Shown piece by piece: positions 56,086 through 64,000 of a stretch of DNA of 64,000 bases. Source of the stretch: Candidatus Sulfotelmatobacter sp. (GTDB lineage: Bacteria; Verrucomicrobiota; Verrucomicrobiia; Limisphaerales; UBA11358); the NCBI GenBank assembly GCA_035503455.1, contig DATJTK010000074.1:3536-67535 (forward strand), given 5' to 3'. The notes under the pieces are model-generated. The model had not been told where the DNA came from, ran no database searches, and saw only the letters and a program-made list of their open reading frames with translations. Within the stretch, counting starts at the first letter, position 1. Every line of letters starts with the position of its first letter. Both the position numbers and the translations under genes were made by a program.

Positions 56086-56149
56086 ACAGCGCGGCGGAGC
56101 CGCAACCAAAAGGTGAAACATGGATAAAATGGCTTTTGGTCTTAAATTC

Positions 56150-56236
56150 GTTTGGTGTACACGCTTTAGCGTGCTCCGGAGCAGCTTCGAGACTGGACGG
56201 CGAACCCGGAACACCCTGAAGGGTGGACACCAAACC
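56150..56236 (+). repeat. Palindromic two-hairpin element (copy 3 of 3, with 28-nt central insertion)
   Basis: GTTTGGTGTACACGCTTTAGCGTGCTCCGGA-[28 nt]-CCGGAACACCCTGAAGGGTGGACACCAAACC. Confidence 0.9.
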
Positions 56237-56314
56237 GAATTCGGCTGCTACATTTTGCTTGCAATCGTTCCTAATTGTAATCATAATTAGTTCCTATTGT
56301 GAGTTGCCTTTTAT

Positions 56315-57178
56315 ATGAAATCAAACCTTCTCATTTGCGTCGTCATCGCTTCCGTTAGCTTTCTGCCGCGCGCTTTCGGACAAGGCGCTTTGACACCGCC
56401 GGGACCGCCGGGGCCCACGATGCTGACGCTTTCGCAGGTCGAGCCGCGAATACCGGTGGATGCCTCTCATACCCCAGGGAACAGTAGCGGGGAATTTGTC
56501 ATTACCAATTCCGGCTCGTATTTTCTGACAACAAACATTATTGGCATCAGCGGCAAAGACGGAATTGATATTTATACCAACGATGTGACGTTGGATCTAA
56601 ATGGCTTCTCGCTGACGGGCGTCAGCGGCAGTCTTAGCGAGGGTGTCCAGATATTTCCCGGTTGCACCAACATAACCGTGCGCAATGGCGCCATTCGCGG
56701 CTGGAGCCAGCATGGCGTTTACAGTGTTGGAAACAATGTGACTTTGGAGGGGCTGTCTGTTTCGGGTAACGCTAATTACGGCCTTGTCGTTGTCGGGGTC
56801 AGCGTCATTCGAAATTGTATGTCCAGTGGTAATTATTACACGGGCATAGCAATTGAAGCCAACGGCTGTCTGGTATCAGGCAATGTTTGTGCCGGAGATG
56901 ATATAGGCGGCACGTCGGGTAACGGGGGTATAGTCATTTTGGGTTCCTATAATCGCATTGAAGGCAACCATATAACCGGGACTGGCGCCGGCGGGGATGG
57001 CATCGTGGTCGAAACCTACGGCCTGTGCACCAACAACATCATCATTCAAAATTCCGTGCAGGGCAGCGGCGCAAATGATTATGTATTCAACACGTTGCAA
57101 CTTGTTGGCCCGATCATTACCAATAGTGTTTCCGGAGTCATCACCAATTCAAATCCCTGGGCGAACTTTGGGTTTTAA
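56315..57178 (+). CDS. Secreted right-handed parallel beta-helix repeat protein (paralog A)
   Basis: Signal peptide and N-terminal LTPPGPPGPTMLTLSQVEPRIPV. Periodic G/N-rich coils (VTLDLNGFSLTG, ITVRNGAIRG, NRIEGNHITG). Confidence 0.78.
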   Translation: MKSNLLICVVIASVSFLPRAFGQGALTPPGPPGPTMLTLSQVEPRIPVDASHTPGNSSGEFVITNSGSYFLTTNIIGISGKDGIDIYTNDVTLDLNGFSLTGVSGSLSEGVQIFPGCTNITVRNGAIRGWSQHGVYSVGNNVTLEGLSVSGNANYGLVVVGVSVIRNCMSSGNYYTGIAIEANGCLVSGNVCAGDDIGGTSGNGGIVILGSYNRIEGNHITGTGAGGDGIVVETYGLCTNNIIIQNSVQGSGANDYVFNTLQLVGPIITNSVSGVITNSNPWANFGF

Positions 57179-57197
57179 TCTTCAACGCACTGAAACA

Positions 57198-58043
57198 ATG
57201 AAAACTCCAATTTCAATCCTCGCCGTGTTAATCGCCGTGGGTCTCCAGCCATTGGCTTTGTTGGGGCAGGGCAGTCTCACGCCGTCTGGACCGCCCGCGC
57301 CGGGGATGCTGACGCTCGCGCAAGTTCAGCCACGCACGCCCGTGGACTCTGTTCATACTCCGGGCAACAGCGCCAACGAATTCGTCATTTCCAATCCCGG
57401 TTCCTATTACCTGACGACAAATATCATGGGCGTGAGCAGCGAGGAGGGGATAGACATTGTGGCGAGCGATGTGACGCTGGATTTGAACGGGTTTTCGTTG
57501 ATTGGTCCTTCGACTGCGTATTCCGGAATCGCCATCTATTCCACCGTAACCAACGTGGTGGTCCGGAACGGTATCATTAGTGGTTGGGGAACTCTGTATA
57601 ATGGCATTTCTTGCCTTGGGAACAACGTGGATTTTGAAAATCTTACTATTTACGGGGAACTCACGGGCATATCCTGTTTCGGCGACGGCGGCGTGATCAA
57701 AAATTGCACGCTGAGCCGCACCGGTCAGTATGGAATTTATTTAACCGGCTCGAATTATCTGGTGACCTGCAACAACTTTATTGAGATAAACACCGGGAAC
57801 AACGGAAACGGGGCGGCCATGTACATCGCTTCAGTCGGCAATCATATCGATGGCAATAATGTCATTGGCAACAATCCGGCGGGTTACGGACTTTGGGTCT
57901 TGGGCACCAACAACGTCGTCGTTCGCAACTCCATCTCAGGCAACGCGCCAAATAATTATGCCATCTCGAGTGTGCCCAATGACGTTGGCCCGATTGGCAA
58001 TGCGTCAACCAATACGAGCCCTTGGGGAAACATTTCAAATTAG
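57198..58043 (+). CDS. Secreted right-handed parallel beta-helix repeat protein (paralog B)
   Basis: Collinear with paralog A (LTPSGPPAPGMLTLAQVQPRTPVDSVHTPGNSANEFVISNPGSYYLTTNIMG...VTLDLNGFSLIG). Start at the ATG at 57198, 20 nt after the paralog A stop. Confidence 0.78.
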   Translation: MKTPISILAVLIAVGLQPLALLGQGSLTPSGPPAPGMLTLAQVQPRTPVDSVHTPGNSANEFVISNPGSYYLTTNIMGVSSEEGIDIVASDVTLDLNGFSLIGPSTAYSGIAIYSTVTNVVVRNGIISGWGTLYNGISCLGNNVDFENLTIYGELTGISCFGDGGVIKNCTLSRTGQYGIYLTGSNYLVTCNNFIEINTGNNGNGAAMYIASVGNHIDGNNVIGNNPAGYGLWVLGTNNVVVRNSISGNAPNNYAISSVPNDVGPIGNASTNTSPWGNISN

Positions 58044-58094
58044 CCGCAACTACGATGCTATGAGAAACGAATGTCTTTCCATGAACCACGGCAT

Positions 58095-58144
58095 GGTGGA
58101 ACACGGCGCGCTGCGCCGTGTGGCGCAGCGTGCAGCGGCGCAAC
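58095..58144 (+). repeat. 50-nt GC-rich double-hairpin element (copy 2 of 3)
   Basis: GGTGGAACACGGCGCGCTGCGCCGTGTGGCGCAGCGTGCAGCGGCGCAAC. Confidence 0.9.
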
Positions 58145-58167
58145 AAGCGGGTTCAAGGTCCCAGCGC

Positions 58168-59064
58168 ATGATTCGGGAATCATTGAGACTTTCGATTGCG
58201 ATCATTGCGTCCTGTTTTATTTGTTCTTCGACCGCGCTTCACGCCACCACCTCAATCGACCTTGTAAACTGTTACGCTTACGGCGCAAACATTGGTTGGA
58301 TCAACTGCGTGGCCGATACGAACAACGGCGCGGTCATGGGCGATTACGTTTGCTCCGGTTATATTTATTCCGCCAATGTCGGCTGGATAAACCTTGGCAG
58401 CGGCAGTCCCACGAACGGCATTTATTACCAGAATCTTTCGGCCAGCGATTTTGGCGTGAACCAGGATGGGTTGGGGGACCTCACCGGCTATGCCTGGGGC
58501 GCGAATATTGGCTGGGTTACGTTCGAGCAAACGTACGGCAAACCGAAAGTGAACCTGTTGACCGGTGCGTTGAGCGGCTACGTCTGGAGCGCCAATTGCG
58601 GTTGGATTTCACTGAGCAACGCCGAGGCCCAGGTGCAAACGGATTATCTGTATCCCGGACCGCTCGCGCCGAACGGCCTGCCGATTCCCTGGCTGTTGAA
58701 TTATTTCGGCACGACCAATGTGAATGCCAATGCAGATCCGACAGGCAAGGGCATGACCATCGGCCAGGACTACGTGGCAGGCACGGACCCGAATGTAACC
58801 ACGAGTGTATTCCGGATTACCTCCGAAAGATTTACATCGCTGGGAACCATTGACAGCCTTACCTGGGACAGCGAACCAACCCGGCAATACTACATCCTGG
58901 AAAACACGAACGTTACGACGGCAACGTGGGTGGACAGCTCTTTAGGCCTGATTGCGCCCTCCGCCGGTTCCACGACTACCGCCGGCTTCACGCAAACTCC
59001 CAATGTGCCCGGTCGATTTTTCCGTGTGGAAGCAAGCCTGCCATTGCCGCCACCCCAAAGATGA
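58168..59064 (+). CDS. Secreted repeat protein with four G-Y-x-[WY]-[SG]-A-N-x-G-W-[IV] repeats
   Basis: CYAYGANIGWINC, GYIYSANVGWINL, GYAWGANIGWVTF, GYVWSANCGWISL. Signal-like N-terminus; C-terminus ends ...GRFFRVEA. Confidence 0.68.
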   Translation: MIRESLRLSIAIIASCFICSSTALHATTSIDLVNCYAYGANIGWINCVADTNNGAVMGDYVCSGYIYSANVGWINLGSGSPTNGIYYQNLSASDFGVNQDGLGDLTGYAWGANIGWVTFEQTYGKPKVNLLTGALSGYVWSANCGWISLSNAEAQVQTDYLYPGPLAPNGLPIPWLLNYFGTTNVNANADPTGKGMTIGQDYVAGTDPNVTTSVFRITSERFTSLGTIDSLTWDSEPTRQYYILENTNVTTATWVDSSLGLIAPSAGSTTTAGFTQTPNVPGRFFRVEASLPLPPPQR

Positions 59065-59197
59065 AACGCCTGGATTGATGGATTTTTGGATAAATGTCCC
59101 CCCGGGGGGTAGGGCGGAAGTGCCCGTCCGCCAGGCGAGCGCCTCCGGCGCTCGCGATTCACATGTTCGAGGTTCGACCCGTCTATTGCCGAGGATA

Positions 59198-59385
59198 CGT
59201 TCGTTTCGGTTTACAGTGGTGCATTTTGCCAAATTTGCCAATAAAAACGCATCATTTGGCCCATTTTCCCCGTTCGTTTCCTGTTTACACGCCTATATAC
59301 ACTAAAATGTGCACAAGTCGTAGGGTAGACGTCTCGCCTGCCGGTTCGGACACCGTCTCGGTGCCAGTTGCCGTCTACTGCAAGC
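59198..59385 (+). repeat. 188-nt direct repeat, copy 1
   Basis: Aligns without gaps to 59617..59804 at a constant offset of 419 nt, roughly 85-90% identity by eye. Confidence 0.9.
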
Positions 59386-59398
59386 GTTAGAGCGAGAG

Positions 59399-59580
59399 TA
59401 CGCCGCCCCTAACGGGGCTTGTGAATTTTTCGGTCGGTTTTCTACAAATACACCAGCCCTACGGGCTTCGAGCAGACGCCGAAGCGTGGCGAATCGGTCA
59501 CTGCCGCAAAGCCCGTAGGGCTGGTGTATTTGTAGCTAAAGCGCGCCCATTAAAATCCGAGCCCCGTTAGGGGCGACGTA
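59399..59580. repeat. 182-nt composite hairpin between the two direct repeats
   Basis: Outer arms TACGCCGCCCCTAACGGGGC (59399-59418) and GCCCCGTTAGGGGCGACGTA (59561-59580) pair 19/20. Inner arms 59442-59467 and 59510-59535 are perfect (26/26). Confidence 0.9.
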
Positions 59581-59616
59581 TTCCGTAATTAAAAAGTGAG
59601 ATGCACCCGCGAAAAC

Positions 59617-59804
59617 CGTTCGTTTCAGTTTACAGTGGTGCATTTTGCCAAATTTGCCAATAAAAAGGGATCATTTGACCCATTTTCCCCGTTCGTTTCC
59701 TGTTTCCCCGCCTATATACAATAAAATGTCCACGGGGTGTGGGGCAGGCGTCTCGCCTGCCGGTTCGGGCACAGTCTCGGTGCCAGTTTCCGTCTACCGC
59801 AAGC
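59617..59804 (+). repeat. 188-nt direct repeat, copy 2
   Basis: See 59198..59385. Confidence 0.9.
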
Positions 59805-59838
59805 ATTACGCTGGATGCTCTCCCCATGGACCAAAGGT

Positions 59839-59888
59839 GGTGGAACACGGCGCGCTGCGCCGTGTAGCGCCGCGTGCAGCGGCGCAAC
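59839..59888 (+). repeat. 50-nt GC-rich double-hairpin element (copy 3 of 3)
   Basis: Exactly the reverse complement of 2417..2466. Confidence 0.92.
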
Positions 59889-60099
59889 AAGCGGGTTCAT
59901 GGGTCGTGAGCAGGTCAAAAAGCAATTGGGAACTTTCCATGAACCGCCTTCGGAGCGCGGCTGTGTCGGAGACCAGCCGCAGCGCGTAGCAACATTCGTG
60001 GCTGCTGCGGCTGGTGCCCCTTCACCCCGCACACAGCCGCGGTCCGTGCTCGCCCCGCCTTTCCGCCAAGCAGGCGCCCTTGGCGCGTGCGTTTCAAAT

Positions 60100-60140
60100 C
60101 ATTCGATGTTCAGCGTTCGATGTTGAATGTTCGATGTTCT
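60100..60140 (-). repeat. CATCGAA heptamer-tract element, solo arm (reverse orientation)
   Basis: CATTCGATGTTCAGCGTTCGATGTTGAATGTTCGATGTTC. Confidence 0.85.
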
Positions 60141-60213
60141 CCGCTTGCTCACGCTCTTACGCCCTTGCCTGCCACCCTCCATCCTCCATCTTCGATCCGC
60201 CATCTCCCATCTC

Positions 60214-61116
60214 CTATCTTCCATCTCCCGCCGGCTTAGCCCTGGAGATGATCGCCTGAACCGCCGGGTGCGATCGCCGTCGCTCGGCGGTAATGGCGTA
60301 GAATTGTTGCCGGCAGCCTTTGGCTTTTCCGATGGTGTGCAGACTCAGTTGCGTGACCGATTCTTTGGCGACCAGCGTGGGGATGGCCATGAAACCCAGA
60401 CCATGTGACGCAAGCGTTCTCACAAAGGCCGGATCTTCGAGTTCGCCCACCAACCGGGGCCGCACACCGACGTCGTGAAACCACTGTTCCAGGGAACGCC
60501 GCAAACCGCTGTTCGACATCGGCAACAGCGCGGGCGCTCCATCCAGGGATTTGGGAAAGCCGCGTCGCAATTTTGCGGCCAGGCGCCGCTCGGCGCAAAA
60601 TACAATGCCGCTTTCTTCGAGCAAATGGTTAAAGACGTTGCCGGACACGCCGCTGGCCGCCGGCTGATCGGCCAGCACCACGTCGAGCCGATGCGCCGCG
60701 AGGTCCGTGAGCATGTCGGACACGTTGGTTTCCCAGCAAGCCACCTGCACCGCCTGCGGCAGGCGAAAGATGGGCTCGATAATGCGATAGGCCACCAGCT
60801 TGGGCAGCGCATCGGCCACGCCCAGGTGCACGCGCAGCGGGCGCAGGGTGGGACGCTGCTTGATCGTGCTGATCAAATCCTGGCCCAGGGAGAAAATCTC
60901 CTCCGCGTAGCTTAATGCTTCCTGGCCCGTGTCCGTCAGCACGAGATGGCGTCCGGTTCGCCGAAACAGTTTCTCGGCCAGCGCCTCTTCGAGGTCCGCA
61001 ATTTGGGCGCTGATGGTCGGCTGGGACACGTGCAACTTTTTCGCCGCCTTCCGCAAGCCGCCTTCTTTGGCGACCATCCAGAAATATCGCAAATGATGAT
61101 AGTTGAGGAAATCCAT
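60214..61116 (-). CDS. LysR-family transcriptional regulator (NhaR-like subfamily)
   Basis: LNYHHLRYFWMVAKEGGLRKAAKKLHVSQPTISAQIADLEEALAEKLFRR resembles the NhaR-type N-terminus. Confidence 0.9.
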   Translation of the reverse strand: MDFLNYHHLRYFWMVAKEGGLRKAAKKLHVSQPTISAQIADLEEALAEKLFRRTGRHLVLTDTGQEALSYAEEIFSLGQDLISTIKQRPTLRPLRVHLGVADALPKLVAYRIIEPIFRLPQAVQVACWETNVSDMLTDLAAHRLDVVLADQPAASGVSGNVFNHLLEESGIVFCAERRLAAKLRRGFPKSLDGAPALLPMSNSGLRRSLEQWFHDVGVRPRLVGELEDPAFVRTLASHGLGFMAIPTLVAKESVTQLSLHTIGKAKGCRQQFYAITAERRRSHPAVQAIISRAKPAGDGR

Positions 61117-61206
61117 TAGGACAGCATGTTAACTTAAACCTATCAGTCAATTTTAAATTTCGTAATAGTCGAAGTGTCGGACCGCGGCTATGCTCAAGGC
61201 GTGAAT

Positions 61207-61437
61207 ATGAAAATTACATTTAAACCTCTGCGGAACCTGGCCGGCAGGCCGGTCAGGATTAACAACAAAAAAGCGGTTAAAGTGGTGGTGAAACCCGCGG
61301 CAAAAATCGGCCGGGCCGTCTGGCGGGGACTTTGCTTCCACCTGCGGCCTCGCGAGGACTTCCGCAAGATGTTGGACCGTCTGGCGACTGCGCCGTTTCG
61401 GATCAACCTTCCCGGCTTCAAAGCCGGGAAGGCATGA
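61207..61437 (+). CDS. Possible small basic protein (76 aa), divergent from the LysR gene
   Basis: ORF with coding-like third-position GC. No family recognised. Its 3' end contains the hairpin CTTCCCGGC-ttcaaa-GCCGGGAAG. Confidence 0.3.
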   Translation: MKITFKPLRNLAGRPVRINNKKAVKVVVKPAAKIGRAVWRGLCFHLRPREDFRKMLDRLATAPFRINLPGFKAGKA

Positions 61438-61460
61438 ACGTTCATTCGGCGGATTTGGAA

Positions 61461-61491
61461 ATATCGAACGCCGAACGCCGAACATCGAATT
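61461..61491 (+). repeat. Degenerate CATCGAA-tract arm
   Basis: ATATCGAACGCCGAACGCCGAACATCGAAT followed by TTTTTT. Confidence 0.6.
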
Positions 61492-61514
61492 TTTTAGGAG
61501 AGCGCCGGGTTGCG

Positions 61515-62146
61515 CTATCCCGCGATGATCGCCCATGCGGCCAGCGCGCCGTTGTAACTCGTATAGACGCCGTAGGCATCGTAAACGGTGCTTCCCCAGT
61601 TTCCCTGGGCGCGCGAGGGCAGGCCGGCGTCCTGAACGGGATCGGAAATGGTTCGAACGAAGCCGAATGCCGTTTGATGGTTTTGGCAAACACTGGCGAT
61701 AATGGCGTCATCCATCTCGACGCATGCGAACTCGCTCAGATTGCCCGCGCTGGTCGCGACGACAAACGAGTTGGTCGTCAATAACGACGTATCGTTCCCG
61801 GTCAGGTTGTTGATTGCTGGTGAACTATCGCCCATGTTGAGGTTCTCCACATTCATTTTCGGGCGTATCATCCATTAAGATCAATCGGCAGCCTTACGGC
61901 GCTCTTGAAGGGCCAGCCGGCTCCCGTTGTGTCCGGGAATCGAGCATCCGTCACACGGGCAAAAGCCGTTGGGGTGAAAAGCGTCGTGCCAAAGAAAAAA
62001 GCGGTTGCTAATGTCTGAATGGATTGAATCCATACTGATTTCCCAACTCCAAACATTGTTGCCACGGCAAAACGCCATCGGAAGCCGTTGGCGATTTCAG
62101 GCATGCCGTGGCGGCGCAGACGCCGAGTTTCAAGGCTTCCGGCCAC
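61515..62146 (-). pseudogene. Nucleoside phosphorylase/nucleosidase (PNP_UDP_1; MTA/SAH- or futalosine-nucleosidase-like) gene split across two frames
   Basis: ORF 61515..61871 carries the C-terminal half (FACVEMDDAIIASVCQNHQTAFGFVRTISD, compare AVEMEATAIAHVC...VVRAISD). The upstream ORF 61868..62146 in another frame carries an FGVGKS (GIGK-like) segment and overlaps the PfkB 3' end by 139 nt. Confidence 0.4.
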
Positions 62147-63045
62147 GGCATTTCATGATGCCGCGCGAGCAGGACGCCGGCGGCCAGGGCATCACCCGCG
62201 CCAACCGTGCCCTGGATTTCTGAGTCCGGGAAATTCACCGAGCCTTGCGCCAGACGTTGGCCGTCTGCCGTCACAGCGACCACGCCTTCGCGAAAATGGA
62301 GCACCACTGCGCCGCGCATGCCAAGTCCCCGGACACTCTCGGCAAATTCGCCGGCCTGAGTCGCAGTGAACGGCGCCGGCAAGTCTTTGCCGAGCAATTG
62401 CGCTGCCTCCCATTCGTTCAAAAACAGAATGTCGAGATGAGGCAGGCAGGGCGCAACCTGCGCGCGAAGGTTTGGGTTTGGCGCGCTGACCAAATCGCCT
62501 GCGGTTATGAAACCGTTTTCCGCAGCTTCCCGCAGCAACCGCGCGGAGGCGTTCAGACCATCGCCGTTGGTCATATCCAGAAGCGGCAGGAATCCGAGGT
62601 ATCCCAGGCAGAAAATTTTCGCGGGCGACGCCATGGGCCGCAGATGGCTTTCTGTCAGGCGTTCATTGGCTCCGGGACAGTAAAAAAAGGTGCGGCGTCC
62701 CGAGCCGGTTTCCGTCATTACATCGGTAAAACTTGTCGGGGCTTCGGTGGTGATGCGCAGCATCGCATCATTGATCTTCAATCGGCGGCAGCGTTCGCGA
62801 ATGAAACGGCCATGGGCGTCGTCTCCGACCAAACCGGCGGCGAAGAGGGGACATGACGGATCCAGGGCGGCCAAATCAGACAGCAAATTGAACGCAAACC
62901 CGCCGTTGGCGATGTGCTGCTGTTCGATGCGCGCCAGCGTGGAGGGCGCCGGCCAATGGTCAATGCGCTTGACGCAGTCAACGATCCAGTGACCGGCGGC
63001 TAAGATTCCATGTCTTGAATTGTTCATTGGCGTGTTAGGAATCAT
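62008..63045 (-). CDS. PfkB-family carbohydrate kinase (ribokinase-like)
   Basis: C-terminal TVGAGDALAAGVLLA motif and N-terminal GG-type region. Start trimmed to the ATG at 63045, downstream of a GAAGAACGCGAAG-type repeat. Confidence 0.88.
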   Translation of the reverse strand: MIPNTPMNNSRHGILAAGHWIVDCVKRIDHWPAPSTLARIEQQHIANGGFAFNLLSDLAALDPSCPLFAAGLVGDDAHGRFIRERCRRLKINDAMLRITTEAPTSFTDVMTETGSGRRTFFYCPGANERLTESHLRPMASPAKIFCLGYLGFLPLLDMTNGDGLNASARLLREAAENGFITAGDLVSAPNPNLRAQVAPCLPHLDILFLNEWEAAQLLGKDLPAPFTATQAGEFAESVRGLGMRGAVVLHFREGVVAVTADGQRLAQGSVNFPDSEIQGTVGAGDALAAGVLLARHHEMPWPEALKLGVCAATACLKSPTASDGVLPWQQCLELGNQYGFNPFRH

Positions 63046-63085
63046 ACGAACTTCTTCGCGTTCTTCGCGCCTTTCGCGCGACAAA

Positions 63086-64000
<915 letters not shown>

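Noticed and set aside
59220-59245. Sigma-54 promoter in the TTGCCAAATTTGCCA box of the direct repeats (reverse complement TGGCAAATTTGGCAA)
   Set aside because: The GG-to-GC spacing is 2 nt shorter than the TGGCAC-N5-TTGC consensus, and the -12 element reads GGCA rather than TTGC.
59094-60126. ORFs 59094-59390, 59645-59989 and 59737-60126 in the track
   Set aside because: They are translations of the direct repeats and other repeat families (peptides such as GRRDACPT, VEHGALRRVAPRAAAQQAG, SMNRLRSAAVSETSRSA), not genes.
1543-61491. CRISPR array interpretation of the heptamer tracts, and of the 188-nt direct repeats at 59.2/59.6 kb
   Set aside because: The heptamers are contiguous with no spacers. 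The 188-nt repeats occur only twice and are far longer than CRISPR repeats. No cas genes are present.

Overview
A 64 kb chromosomal window, roughly 58-60% GC. It probably comes from a Verrucomicrobiota (Pedosphaera-like) or related PVC-group genome. That placement is inferred from a prepilin-type H-X9-DG protein, a large LamG/Ig/autotransporter-beta-strand-repeat protein, an ECF sigma factor paired with a Ser/Thr kinase, and many intergenic repeats of the type that yield peptides such as MFDVRCSMFDV. About 55 coding genes are supported. Housekeeping and metabolic content: an OmpR/HK pair, a futalosine-type menaquinone cluster (ubiX-like, UbiA-like, MqnE/C-like), a 2-oxoacid dehydrogenase E1alpha/E1beta/E2 operon, an hsp20-lon operon, a non-phosphorylative L-fucose cluster (AraC, SSF transporter, SDR, FucD, SDR), several secreted glycosidase or esterase candidates, and a PfkB / lyxose-isomerase-cupin / enolase-like cluster. 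One tRNA-Arg(ACG) is present. No rRNA, CRISPR array, transposase or integrase was seen. Best leads: (1) A four-helix-bundle (23S-IVS/Avd-like) gene lies in the loop of a perfect 43-bp inverted repeat built from CATCGAA heptamers, and that repeat also contains the stop codons of both convergent neighbours. (2) A low-GC segment (48.5-51.9 kb) lies between tRNA-Arg and a 14-bp copy of the tRNA 3' end. It carries a three-gene operon (small wHTH / unknown 162 aa / HNH-type protein) and a Zn-ribbon + PD-(D/E)xK pair, which together look like uncharacterised defence or conflict modules. (3) At least six distinct structured repeat families are present, concentrated in a 1.15 kb non-coding mosaic at 59.1-60.2 kb. 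All functional calls rest on motif recognition by eye; no database search was run.
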